A DNA stretch of 64,000 nucleotides, from assembly GCF_006345805.1 (NCBI RefSeq), contig NC_042997.1:20646001-20710000 (forward strand), read 5' to 3'. Source of the stretch: Octopus sinensis (Eukaryota). Numbering within the stretch: position 1 is the stretch's first letter; each line of letters opens with the position of its first letter. The notes below the pieces were generated by a model. That model worked only from the letters and a program-made list of their open reading frames with translations, was not told where the DNA came from and made no database searches. Of the stretch, positions 25,647 to 38,840 are shown one piece after another. The translations under genes were made by a program, and so were the position numbers.

Positions 25647-26415
25647 AGAAAGATACTCTGACATAATATTGCTGTCAAAACAGTGCCAGTCATCTTGCAA
25701 TAGTTGTCACTGTCTGACTTTATGTTCTGAGTTCAAATTTTGCCAAGGTCGACTTTGCCTCTCATCCTTTTAGGCTCAGTAAATTAAATACAAGTTGCGT
25801 CCTGGGGTCAATCTAATCGACTGGCCCCCGCCCTCAAAATTTCAGGCCTTGTGCCTAGAGCAGAAAAGAATACTTGTCACTGGAACCTACTATTTGATAT
25901 GCAGACTGTGTGATATTCAGTTACCTACATGATAATTTAATAAGCAAGCATTTCAGTTGAGAGAAAAGCTGAAATACTTATTGTCAAAACCAATTCATAT
26001 TAATTTACTTAAGTATATCTATAAATTTATAAATATATATATATATATGTATGTGTGTTAACACATACACATAAATGTTCAAATAAGGTTGTTATTTTAA
26101 TGCAAGTGTAAAATTAATAAGACATTTACTGGTGGTGTGATTCTATTCTGTGAGTTGAGTCAAATTTATAATGAAGATCAAGTAATTGGATTGTTCATCC
26201 AGTGTAACTGAAGAAATCCACAGTCAAAATTGAAAATACAGTCAACTTAACTAACATGGGTGCAGGAGTGGCTGTGTGGTAAGTAGCTTGCTTACCAACC
26301 TCATGGTTCTGGGTTCATTCTCACTGTGTGGCACCTTGGGCAAGTGTCTTCTACTATAGCCTCGGGACAACCAAAGTCTTGAGAGTGGATTTGGTAGACG
26401 GAAACTGAAAGAACC

Positions 26416-26494
<79 letters not shown>

Positions 26495-26756
26495 ATGTGT
26501 TTGTGTTTGTCTCCCCAACATCGCTTGAAAACCGATGGTGGTATGTTTACGTCCCCATTACTTAGCAGTTTGGCAAAAGAGACCGACAGAATAAGTACTA
26601 GGTTTACAAAGAATAAGTCCTGGGGTCGATTTGCTCGACTAAAGGCAGTGATCCAGCATGACCAGTCTAATGACTGAAACTGGTAAAAGAGAATCGATTT
26701 GTCTGTCTGTTGGTATGCAAAAATATATATATGTAAGTTATAATGTTATGCATAAA

Positions 26757-27075
26757 GGTGCATGGCTCAGTGGTGAGAGCATTGGGCTCACAATCATGAA
26801 GTGGTGAGTTCGATTCCTGGACTGGGTTGTGTTTCCTGTTCTTGAGCAAAACACTTTATTTGACATTGCTCCCATTCCCTCAGCTGCAGAAATGAGTTGC
26901 AATGTCACTGGTGCCAAGCTGTACCAACCTTTGCCTTTCTCTTGGATAATGCCAGTGGCATGGAGAAGTGGGTCTGGTATGAATGGGCGACTGCTGCTCT
27001 TCCATAAACAACCTTACCCAGGCTTGTGCATTGGAGGAGAACTTTCTAAGTGCAATCCCATGTTCATTCTTGACC
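26757..27075 (+). mobile_element. tRNA-derived SINE family D; related copies at ~23020-23345(-) and 34760-34990(-)
   Basis: tggctcagtggtgagagc...gagttcgattcc followed by tgttcttgagcaa.acactttattt. Confidence 0.7.
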
Positions 27076-27887
27076 AAAGAGGTTCTTTACCATATGCATA
27101 GAGTTGACGTATCATCATCATCCTCATCATCGTTTAACGTCCGCTTTCCATGTTAGCATGGGTTGGACGATTTGACTGAGGTCTGGCGAACCAGATGGCT
27201 GCACCAGGCTCCAATCTGATCTGGCAGAATTTCTACAGCTGGGTGCCCTTCCTAACGCCAACCACTCTGAGAGTAGTGGGTGCTTTTACATGCCACCAGC
27301 ACAAGGGCCAGTCAGGCAGTACTGACAATGGCCACACTCAAATGGTGCTTTTTATGTGCCACCTGCGCAGGAGCCAGTCCAGCGGCACTGGCAACAGCAA
27401 AACTTCTCTTGATCCACCTGTAATATACTCCTGTTTCACAAACACATTATAACTCCTGACATAGATATAAATATAGGTGCTGGCAAATATGCAATACATG
27501 TCCTCAACATTCAAATATAAATAGTAGACAAATGAAAACTTACATTTGTGGAACAGGGTCAAAAGCCATATATATATCCAGTCCTAGCTGTAAAGTGGTT
27601 GGCATCAGGAAGGGCATCCAGCTATAAAATCCAAGTCAAAAAAGATACTGGAGCTCAATGTAGCCTTTGGATAAACTGGATTGTATGAAACCATCCAAGC
27701 TGTGCCAGTATAGAACTTGGATGTTAAATGATAATGATGATCATGATCATGATATATATATATATATACATATATATCTACTCGATAAATACATTCATAC
27801 GAGACATACTCGTATATGCATATATGCAAACAAATATATAAACATGTATATACATGTATATATATATATATATACATAAATATATAC

Positions 27888-27920
<33 letters not shown>

Positions 27921-29720
27921 ATTTCAACAATTGAGGGCAAAATTAATTAATTATTAATCAATTTCACCAAGTGTTCAGTATGCAAAGGGACCATTCAAGG
28001 CGAATTCAAATTATTACATTATATAAAGGGCTTAGTAAAATAAATTACTTTGCCGCATACTTTGCCGCGGCAAAGTAATTTATTTTACTAAGCCCTTTTA
28101 TATAATGTAATAATTTGAATTCGCCTTGAATGGTCCTTTGCATACTGAACACTTGGTGAAATTGATTAATAATTAATTAATTTTGCCCTAATTGTTGAAA
28201 TTATAATTAATCTCCCTCTATTAATGCTTCGGACTTTACCGAAATAAGCATAGAGTTTGATGATTTTAACCCACGCTGGTGGAAAGGGGAGAACAGAGAT
28301 TCTTCGCTTGCTTATTTTGAATTTGTTGACACTGTTATTGGGAGCAGATCTTCGAGAGGGTATGTTCTTATTTTCAGTGTTTCCAAATCCAAACCAAGGA
28401 ATTTCCGAGCCGATGATAGAAATGTTGTTTTGACTAATCTTGAACGTACGTTCTCGAATAACCTTAGCATTTGATTTTTCGATGTCATTCCCCCAAACTT
28501 TTGTGAGTTAAATTATGCAAACACTATATATGAGAGAGATTTTCTTAAGTATTAGAAATAGCCTTAAAAAAGTTTTTTAGCTGCTATTTCTAATGATTTC
28601 AGTATGCGGCAAAGTAATTTATTTTACTAAGCCCTTTTATATAATGTAATATTTGAATTCGCCTGAATGGTCCCTTTGCATACTGAACACTTGGTGAAAT
28701 TGATTAATAATTAATTAATTTTGCCCTCAATGTTGAAATTATAATTAATCTCCCTCTGATTAATGCTTCGGACTTTACCGAATAAGCATAGAGTTTGATG
28801 ATTTTAACCCACGCTGGTGAAAGGGGAGAACAGAGATTCTTCGCTTGCTTATTTTGAATTTGTTGACACTGTTAGTTGGGAGCAGATCTTCGAGAGGGTA
28901 TGTTCTTATTTTCAGTGTTTCCAAATCCAACCAGGAATTTCCGAGCCGATGATAGAGAATGTTTTTTTGACTAATCTTGAAACGTACGTTCTCGAATACC
29001 TTAGCTTTGATTTTTCGATGTCATTACCCCAAACTTTTGTGAGTTAAATTATGCAAACACTATATATGAGAGAGTTTCTTAAGTATTAGAAATAGCCTTA
29101 AAAAAGTTTTTAGAGCTGCTATTTCTAATGAGTTCGTATGCGGCAAAGTAATTTATTTTACTAAGCCCTTTTATATAATGTAATAATTTGAATTCGCCTT
29201 GAATGGTCCCTTTGCTACTGACACTTGGTGAAATTGATTAATAATTAATTAATTTTGCCCTCTTGTTGAAATTATAATATCTCCCCTCTGATAATGCTTC
29301 GGACTTTACCGAAATAAGCATAGAGTTTGATGATTTTAACCCACCTCTGGGGAAAGGGGAGAACAGAGAGATTCTCGCTTGCTTATTTGGAATTTGTTGA
29401 CACTGTTAGTTGGGAGCAGATCTCGAGAGGGTATGTTCTTATTTTCAGTGTTTCCAAATCCAAACAAGAATTTCCGAGCCGATGATAGAAATGTTTTTTT
29501 TGTTTGACTAATCTTGAAACGTACGTTCTCGAATAACCTTAGCATTTGATTTTTCAATGTCATTACCCCCAAACTTTTGTGAGTAAATTAATGCAAACAC
29601 TATCTATGAGAGAGATTTTCTTTAAGTATAGAAATAGCCTTTAAAAAGTTTTTTAGCTGCTATTTCTAATGAGTTCAGTATGCGGCAAAGTATTTATTTT
29701 ACTAAGCCCTTTTATATAAT
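27921..29720. repeat. Tandem array of a ~540-bp unit (3 full copies plus a stub) with a 140-bp inverted copy at the left end, embedded in (TA)n
   Basis: Units start at 28069, 28608, 29142 and 29684 (ggcaaagtaattt); 27921-28060 is the reverse complement of the unit start; palindromic junction ctttgccgcggcaaag. Confidence 0.9.
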
Positions 29721-29723
29721 TAT

Positions 29724-29758
<35 letters not shown>

Positions 29759-30209
29759 AATATACATACCTACATATATATACATATATATCTATACATA
29801 TATTCATATATATATATATATGCATATATATACATCATTATCATTTAACGTCTGTTGTCCATGCTGGATGGTTTGACTGGGCTGGCACACTGAACGGCTG
29901 TACCAGACTCTAATCTGATTTGGCATGGTTTTCTATGGCTGGATGCCCACTCCGACAACAACCACTCTGAGAGTGTAATGGGTGCTTTTACGTGTTGCCA
30001 GCATAGCTGCCATTTGTGTGGCACTGGGGTGCGTTTACATGCCATCAGCACAGGAGTCAATTTACATGACACCAGTATCTGCCACGACTGTGATTCTGCT
30101 TGGCTTGATGGGTCTTTATCTTAAGCATGACATAATGCCAAAGATCTTTGCTACTGTGAGAGCCAACACTCAAAAGGAACTCAACCACATATATAAATAT
30201 ATACGGATG

Positions 30210-30245
<36 letters not shown>

Positions 30246-30409
30246 ATACATATATCCACCGTTGAATGAGCTACACTAGTATGTGAATCCACCTCTGATA
30301 CGTGGCACTTGGTCAACAAGGGAGTTCGATGCCACTGCCCGCATCTGTGTCTCCTGCCGAGAGGTAAGTTCATCTGGGACTTTATACATATAAAATCCTT
30401 AAATCCTTA

Positions 30410-30655
30410 AAAATGCTTCAGTCCGAAGGCTGCGGCCATGCTGGGGCACCACCGTTGAATGAGCGCTGCCTGCATCTGTGTCTCTGGGACCCCCGACATC
30501 TGGGACCCCGACAAGAAGAGATCCAGTTTAGTTTTAAAGAAACCCACATCCATACAATGCAAGCCTCTCAGGCATTTAGAGAGGATGTTGAAGAGCTGTA
30601 GTCCTCTGAAACCCAAGCTGTTGCTATATTTGGTCCTGTCTTTATATATAGATAA
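30410..30655 (-). mobile_element. CR1/L2-type LINE extreme 3' end with UTR
   Basis: NSLGFRGLQLFNILSKCLR...FKTKLDLFLS; ends in ggtggtgccccagcatggccgcagccttcggactgaagc. Confidence 0.75.
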
Positions 30656-30736
30656 ATACATGCTCTTATATGCATATATGCATACATATATATAAATGAA
30701 TATATATAAATAAATATATACTCATATATGCATATC

Positions 30737-31712
30737 ATCATCATCATCATCATCATTTAGCATCCGCTTTCCATGCTAGCATGGGTTGGACGGTTCAACT
30801 GGGGTCTGTGAAGCCAGAAGGCCCAGTCTGATCTGGCAGTGTTTCTGCGGCTGGATGCCCTTCCTAACGCCAACCACTCCGTGAGTGTAGTGAGTGCTTT
30901 TTACGTGCCACATGCACAGGTGCCAGACGGAGCTGGAAAACGGCCACGGACGGATGGTGCTTTTTATGTGCCACCGGCACGAGGCCAGTCGGGGTGGTGC
31001 TGGCAACGGCCACGAACGGATGGTGGTGCCAGGCGAGGCTGGCAACGGCCACGAATGGATGGTGCTTTTTACGTGCCACAAGCACGAGGCGAGTCTGGGT
31101 GGTGCTGGCAACGCCCACATTCAGATGGTTCTCTTACGTGCCACTGGCATTGGTAACTCAGCTGCAATTTCCATTGATCGATTTCGATTCTGATTCTCAC
31201 TTGCCTCAACAGGTCTTCACAAGTAGAGTTTTGTGTCCCAAGAAGGGAAGGTATGCATAAGTGGGCTGGCTACATCCCATGTAGAAGGCCATGGGTTATG
31301 GTCTCACTTGTCCTGCTGAGTCTTCTCATGCACAGCATACTTCCAGAGGTCTCGGTCTCTAGTTATTTCCTCAGTGAGACTTAAATTTCGAAGGTCGTGC
31401 TTCACCACCTCGTCCCAGGTTTTCCTGGGTCTGCCTCTTCCACAGGTTCCCTCAACCGCTAGGGTGTGGCACTTTTTCACACAACTATCTTCATCCATTC
31501 GCGCCACATGCCCATACCAGCGCAAACGTCTCTCTTGCACACCACAACTGATGCTTCTTAGGTCCAGCTTTTCTCTCAAGGTACTTACACTCTGTCAAGT
31601 ATGAGTACTGACATTACACATCCATCTGAGCATACTGGCTTCATTTCTTGCGAGCTTACGCATATCCTCAGCAGTCACGGCCCATGTTTCACTGCCATGT
31701 AACATGACTGTT
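30737..31712 (-). mobile_element. RTE-clade LINE 3' end (RT C-terminus, 3' UTR, (ATG)n tail)
   Basis: CVRTVMLHGSETW, RRLRWYGHVARM, GRGRPRKTW; the UTR contains tandem atggtgcttttatgtgcc repeats; cat-repeat tail at 30737-30757. Confidence 0.92.
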
Positions 31713-32044
31713 CGTACACATATATGCAAACATATATATACATGCATATATATACATAAATATATACACATACATATATATATATATACATAAATATGCA
31801 TACATATATATATATATATATAAGTAGTTGAATGAATTATCTTATTATGGATAATTTGAATTAACCGATACCTGGGAAGCAAATTCACATCAGAAAAAAC
31901 ACGGTTGAAGTTTTGTGCCTAGGGCACAGATTACGTGCTTTCGTGTGGAAATTTGTATGTTTATTTTATTTATCGCTATGGGCTCCGTGTGAGCAATCAT
32001 CTAAAAGTTTTTTGTGCATTTTGATGTTGACATAAGTTCCTTGC

Positions 32045-32127
32045 TTTTCCTGATGAGAAAGCGGCATAATGTACTCCTTATTCCTTCGCAATTAGGAATA
32101 TGCAGCCTTCGAAAGATATGTTGAAAA
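32045..32127 (+). ncRNA. Type I hammerhead ribozyme candidate with long branched stem II
   Basis: TTTTC | CTGATGA | GAAAGCGGCATA...TATGCAGCCTTC (10 of 12 pairs; the loop contains ATTCCT/AGGAAT) | GAAA | GATATG | TT | GAAAA. Stem III has a G-G mismatch. Confidence 0.65.
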
Positions 32128-32168
32128 TAAAGGAATTTTGTTAATTCATCATTCAGCTCCATTCTTTC

Positions 32169-32223
<55 letters not shown>

Positions 32224-32249
32224 CATTTACATATATATACATAAATATA

Positions 32250-33539
32250 CAAGGGACGTTCAATAAGTAATGCCTCTGACCCACTTGCAGTTGTTGGATC
32301 TAGCTGAAATTTTGCATGTGCAATCATTTATATCTCTATATTGTAAGTGGCAAATTACAGCTCTGAACTAATTGTGGTTTCTGATTTACAGGTGTTTGAA
32401 CCGAGTCAAGTGTGAAATGGAGCCTGTTGAGTGTCAAGCAGGGAATCGGTTTTTTTATTTGAAAGGACGCACACCACGGGAGACTTTTGATGAAATGAAA
32501 GTAACTTATGGTGATGATGCCCCATCATATGACCTTGTAAAAGGCTGGCATCGTGAATTCAAACATGGTCGGAACTCTGTGGAAACAGCTCCCAGATCTG
32601 GTCGCCCCTTCTGCCATTGATGAGGCATCTGTCCGTCAAGTTGAGGCTGCCATTTTGGAAGATCGACGCATAATCATTCGCCAAATAGCCCATGAGGTCA
32701 AGATTAGTACCGGGTCTGTGGAAACTATCATTCATGACCAATTGCATATGCAAAAGGTGTCTGCCAGATGGATTCCCAGATTGCTCACACCTTTCCAGAA
32801 GCAAGAACGCGTTGAGTGCTCGAGGGTGAATTTGGAGATGTGCCAAGAAGATGAGTCAAAATTTTTCAAAAGACTGATTACACAGGATGAAACCTGGGTC
32901 CATCACGATGATCCAGAGACCAAAGCCCAGTCAATGCAGTGGAAGCACCGTGACTCACCCCCTCCAAAGAAGGCAAGGGTGCAGCCCTCCGCTGGCAAGG
33001 TCATGCTCACAGTCTTCTGGGACCAGGACGGAGTAGTGATGACAGATTTCCTGGCAAAGGGTACCACAATTGCAGGAGCCTATTATGCTTCACTTTTGAG
33101 GAAATTAAGAGAAGTTATCAAAATCAAGAGGTGGGGCAAGATCAGCAAAGACATCCTCCTCCTGCAGGACAACGCTCCGGTCCACAACTCGCTTGTCGCC
33201 AGATCAGAAGCACAGGCGTATGGCTATGAACTCCTCCCCCATCCCCCTACTTTCCTGACCTTGCACCCTCTGATTTTCACCTCTTCCCAGTCATGAAGTT
33301 GTTTTTGAAAGGAAAGCGTTTCCCAGATGATGCAGCCTTGATTTCTGAAGTCACGTTGAGGTTGGAGGACCAAGCTGGGGTCTTCTACAAAAACGGTCTC
33401 CAGAGCTGCATCAAACAATGGGAGAAATGCGTAACTCTGGATGGTTCCTATGTAGAAAAAGTCTAATAACTGTGCCAAGTTTCGTTGCTCTACTGCTATG
33501 GGAAGTGGGTCAGGGGCATTACTTATTGAACGCCCCTCG
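32250..33539 (+). mobile_element. Mariner (Tc1/mariner, DD34D) DNA transposon, near full length (1290 bp), TA-flanked
   Basis: TIRs c(a/g)aggg(a/g)cgttcaataagtaatgcc(t/c)ctgacccactt at both ends; TA at 32248-32249 and 33540-33541. Confidence 0.95.
32417..33466 (+). pseudogene. Frameshifted mariner transposase
   Basis: MEPVEC...PRSGRP, WIPRLLT, QDETW, QDNAPVH, HPP(Y)FPDLAPSD; 34 residues between the 2nd and 3rd Asp; frameshifts near 32610 and 33248. Confidence 0.92.
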
Positions 33540-33964
33540 TATAAGCATAAATACATAAATATACAGACACACATGCAGACACACACACATGCATTCATAC
33601 ACACACACACATACACACACACACAAACACACACACACACCACACACTTGAAAGAGGGTGAAGAAGAAATAGAAAACAAGATGTCAGTGATATTTTAGAA
33701 ATTCATTTAAAACTTCCGCAGCTATTTCAATGGCAATAATGAATGTATACAAGCATATAATTGTTAATAAGAACAGCAAGTTATGCAATGTAATTATTAA
33801 TAATCAATAATAGTTGTAATATAACATAATTATTTATAATTAACAATAGTTATAATTACATAATATAAGTATTTCTTTGGTGCAGGAACACAAATTACTA
33901 TATCGAAATGTGTGTGTATGTGTGTTGTGTGTGTGTTTTGTGTGTGTGAGTATGTTTGTGTGTG

Positions 33965-34002
<38 letters not shown>

Positions 34003-35129
34003 TTATGTGTGTGCTTTGTGTGTGTGTGTATGGTTGTATGTTTGAGAAGTTTACGAGGTACAGGCATAGTTGTGTGGTTGAAAAGTTCGCTTCCTAAACT
34101 CACGGTTTCACATTCTGTCCCATTATGTAATATATTGGGCAAGTATCTTCTCCTCTAGCCCCCACTTGGCTGGTAGATGGAAACTGAAAATAATGAATTG
34201 TCATCATCTTCATCGTCATCGTTTAACGTCTGCTTTCCATGCTAGCATGGGTTGGACGATTTGAGAGGTCTAGCGAACCAGATGGCTGCACCAGGCTCCA
34301 ATCTGATCTGGCAGAGTTTCTACAGCTGGATGCCCTTCCTAACACCAACCACTCCAAGAGTGTAGTGGGTGCTTTTACGTCCACTGGCACAAGGGCCAGT
34401 CAGGTGGTACTGGCAATGGCCATGCTCAAATGGTGCTTTTTATGTGCCACCTGCACAGGAGCCAGTCCAGCGGCACTGGCAACGACCTCGCTTAAATGTT
34501 TTTTCACGTGCCCCCAGCACAAGTGCTAGTAAGGAGACGCAGGTAATGATCACACTCAAATGGTGTTTTTAATGTGCCATCGGTAGCATGTTTCTCTGGC
34601 AACGATCTCATTCATATGGAACTCTTAGTGCTCCACTAGCACAGATCCCAGTCATTGAATTTGATTTTGATTTCGATTGTGTGTATATATATAAACTCTC
34701 GACACTGTCAGTCATGAATGACCATGAGTGCACTTAAGAGATTCCATTCCAGGGTACAAGTCACCTCAATGGCAAATGCACAACCTAGGGTTGTTTTTAT
34801 GGAAGACTAGCAGTCACCCATGCATACCAGCCCCCACTCTCCCTGCCACCAATGTTATCCAAGGGAAAGGCAAAGACTGATACAACTTGGCACCAGTGAC
34901 ATTGCAACTCATTTCTACAGCTGAATGAACTGAAGCAACGCGAAATAAAGTGTCTTGCTCAAGAACACAACATGCAGCCCGGTCTGGGAATCAAACTCGC
35001 AACCTCATGGTCTTCTTCAAGAAAATGTATTTGCATTTGTTCCACAAGGGAAAACAAAGAATATTGCTTAACAAGAGGTTTTGTAGGAATTACTACATCT
35101 TAAAATATGCTCCCATATCCACTGCTCTT

Positions 35130-35720
35130 TGTGAATGGTAAAGAGGGATACCATTTCAGTATAATACCAACAAACCTGGAAACTGCACCAACAAAGCAGT
35201 TTCCTTCATGACTTCAGTATCAAAGCATATTCTCCAATTACTCCCACTAACCTTACTGTAAGCCATTACACCATTATTTTTTCAAGCCGTTCGTTACATA
35301 TTCTAATTTGACTGCATCGGCTCAGTTTACGTTTCTTATTCTACAGCCATACCAGCAATCCAATGTCAACCCTTCTGCAAGATTTCAACAGTTCACTTCC
35401 CTGTTACCATCTCCCATTGCAGCCCCTTTCCGAAATGTACCCATTTACATACAATATCTCCATTACACCTACATTCATTCGACTGTCAACCATACAATGA
35501 ATCGTTTTAGTCACAGAGCTGACTGCCACAAAGGAGAGTATATCCATTGACAGCTTTCCAATGAATTCAAAAATCACATAACCCCACTCCCAATTTTCCA
35601 TGACAGGTTAGGGCCTGGAATCCTCCAGATACATGACACATTGCTTAGTCAAATCAGCCCATCATTTACTCCACAAATGTTTTGTCATCAATGCTGCACT
35701 TTCCCGTTTCACACATTTCA
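35130..35720 (-). mobile_element. Highly decayed LINE endonuclease fragment
   Basis: GVMAY- and IAMGDGN-like remnants of APE motifs (GGVxxY, GDFN). Confidence 0.35.
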
Positions 35721-35727
35721 ACATGAC

Positions 35728-35766
<39 letters not shown>

Positions 35767-36583
35767 AACTATGCTATTTTACTCCTGAGCAATGCTGGGG
35801 GTCTCTACTAGTGTATACATATATATGTACATGTGTATGCATATGTATGTGCATATATATATATATATATATACATACACACACATTACATATGTATATA
35901 TACACATACACATGTACATATATACATATATACATACATATCTATATATATGTGTGTATCTATCTATATACATGTACATACATGTACATTTCTCTCTCTC
36001 TCTCAAATTGTTGTTTGTTTGTTTGTTTTTGTTTTTCCAGTTTCAGCTCTTGAGCTGTGGCCATGCTGGGGCACCGCCATTGTGGTGAATGAGTACAGCA
36101 GGGATCACCACCCCCTGCCGGAGCCTCGTAGAGCTTTTTTAGGTGTTTTCGCTCAATAAACACACACAACGCCCAGTCTGAGAATCGAAACCGCGATCCT
36201 GCGACCGCGAGTCCGCTGCCCTAACCACTAGGCCATTGCGCCTCTGTATATATATATATATATATATATGCGCATACATCTAGATATACATTTATCCATG
36301 TACATATATTCACAAATGTGTATGAGAGTGCGTCGAAAATAGACATTAAAGGATGATGATGATGATGATATGAATGTATGTGTGTATGTATGTATTAATG
36401 ATATATGTGCTTATGCATTTTATAAGTGGCAAAAAATGACACTTACACACATCAGTATATGCCTGTGTGTATTCATACATGTTCATATTTACATAGATGA
36501 ATAGCTAAATATATATGTGTGTGTATGTGGATATATACATACATACACACATGCACACAAACATGCATACATACATACATACA

Positions 36584-36617
<34 letters not shown>

Positions 36618-37517
36618 CATACATATGTGAGAGCATGTGCTACTGAAACATTCCATTATATAATCAATACCATCTGACGTATGGGTTATCTTGCTAACTT
36701 TAAACAATTATCCAATTCGTGTTTGTAGCCTCTAAATGGAGCGATCACCTGCTGATTTTTTGATAATTTCAGCAGGCCTTTACAGCAAGTTGGGGCAAAA
36801 GTAAATTTCCTTTCACTTCAACATGATTGCAATCTATTGAGCTATCATTTTGACCAGATGGTCAAAATTACAGAGGAAATGCTTTCCATTTTGGAACTAA
36901 ATCCAATTAAGCTTTCCACTACAGTCACAATTCATATTATAGTTACAACCAGTATCTTAACCAAAACTCTATATGAAGAAGTACTGTTTATTTACTCAAC
37001 CAAATCAGTATTCACTACTTTTGAGATATTCATAAACCATGAGAATGCTAACATGGAATAATGTAGAACATACCCTATCATTTCTGTGCAGAGTTATGTT
37101 TGTTATTTATATTTTTCCTTTTCTTTTTCTCCTTTTTTTATTTTTTTATTTTTTTTTTGGTAATACAAAAGAAAATTGGTTTCATTATTTAAGAGAAAAA
37201 TATGAACAGAAACATGATAAGAATTTGTGGATGATTTACTCAACCAAAATAAAAGTTTGCATGTTCATTTCCAAATAGAAGAAACAAATGTATATATATT
37301 ATTTTATTGTTTTCTTTTCCGACTTGAATGCACATACTTGAATATACACATAGAGATATGCTCACACTACACACACATACACACAAACACATACACACAT
37401 ATGTATATATATATGAATACATTCACATGCACACACATATATGTATTTATAAATATCCATATATATATATATATATATATGTATGTACATATGTATGCAT
37501 GTATGTATATATGTATA

Positions 37518-37569
<52 letters not shown>

Positions 37570-37659
37570 CACATATATATAGATGTGTGTGTGTGTTTAT
37601 ATTGATGCATGTATATGTATATATACATATTTGCATAAGTACATAAATATATCATCATC

Positions 37660-37970
37660 ATAACTATCATCATCACCATCATCATCATCTTCCTCATCAT
37701 ATTTCTCATCGCCATTTATATGTCTGTTCTTCCAAGCATGGTAAGCCGGATGTAAAATTGGCTTACGCAGGTCTTACCCAATACAGCATCCCACCACTCG
37801 TTGGTTTGTTTATCATCTCTTTCGCAAGCTTCAGCATCCTGAGATCTTCTTTCAACACTTTCGCCTGTGTCTTACTTAGTCCTCCTCTTCCGCAGATTCC
37901 TTCCACATGAATCTCCTTGTAACTTTTTGGCAAGAATCAAATCATGTCTGTTTCAAATCAACATATTCTC
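37660..37970 (-). mobile_element. RTE LINE 3' fragment (second subfamily)
   Basis: Minus strand gtggaaggaatctgcggaagaggagg...gtgttgaaagaagatctc (EGICGRG motif) with a cat-repeat tail. Confidence 0.6.
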
Positions 37971-38813
37971 TATTTGTCATCTGGAGTGTGTTTGCCACAT
38001 ACACAACTTAGCCTAAGTAGTTAGATAGAAGTCTTGGTAAAGACATAACCAGTGTCATTAAGAAATTTACTTTACAACAATCTGTTCCCAGGTTTGATCA
38101 CACAGTGCAAGGAGCAAGTGCCAAGTGTTATCTTAACTTGGTCAATATCTTGTTAGGGAAATTTGGTAGATAGAAATTGTGTAGACACCTATCATAGGCG
38201 CAGGAGTGGCTGTGTGGTAAGTAGTTTGCTTACCAACCACCTGGTTCCGGGTTCAGTCCCACTGCGTGGCACCTTGGGCAAGTGTCTTCTACTTTAGCCT
38301 TGGGCCGACCAAAGCCTCGGGAGTGGATTTGGTAGTTGGAAACTGAAAGAAGCCCATCGTATATATGTATATATATATATATGTGTGTGTGTATGTGTTT
38401 GTGTGTCTGTGTTTGTCCCCCCTCCCCAACATCGCTTGACAACCGATGCTGGTGTGTTTACATCTCCGTAACTTAGCGGTTTGGCAAAAGAGATTGATAG
38501 AATAAGTACTAGACTGGGGTCGATTTGCTCGACTAAAGGTGGTGCTCCAGCATGGCCACAGTCAAATAACTGAAACAAATAAAAGAGTAAAAGAGTATAT
38601 ATATGCCTGAATGTGTGTGTGTGTGTGTGTGTGTGTTTGTGTGTTAAAAGATGCATTGGGTGACATTTTTTCATATTCAAAAGAAGCTCATATGCACGAC
38701 TGCAGTCCAATAACTGAAAACTAGTAGAAGTACAAAAATAATCTCTTTGATTTGTAGGTATGCATACACTTTGCCCATTTGACCATCTGTGGCTTCCGTT
38801 AGAAGAAACCTAC

Positions 38814-38840
38814 CTTATACAATTCAGCAATATAATAAAG
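38814..38840 (-). CDS. Host gene micro-exon (phase 0 to 0): LYYIAELYK
   Basis: Long polypyrimidine tract cttcttcacttctcttcttcaaattgcaccAG, donor aag|GTAGGT; 27 nt. Confidence 0.6.

Noticed and set aside
26130-26207. Exon-like segment with acceptor gatttcttcAG
   Set aside because: All three frames contain stops and no obvious single homopolymer fix was found.
27921-29720. Hammerhead in the 540-bp unit (ctgaacacttggtgaaattgattaata) and a CRISPR-like array
   Set aside because: The core reads CUGAACA (C at position 8 without a compensating G3), stem I does not pair, and the units are whole-length repeats without unique spacers in a eukaryotic context.
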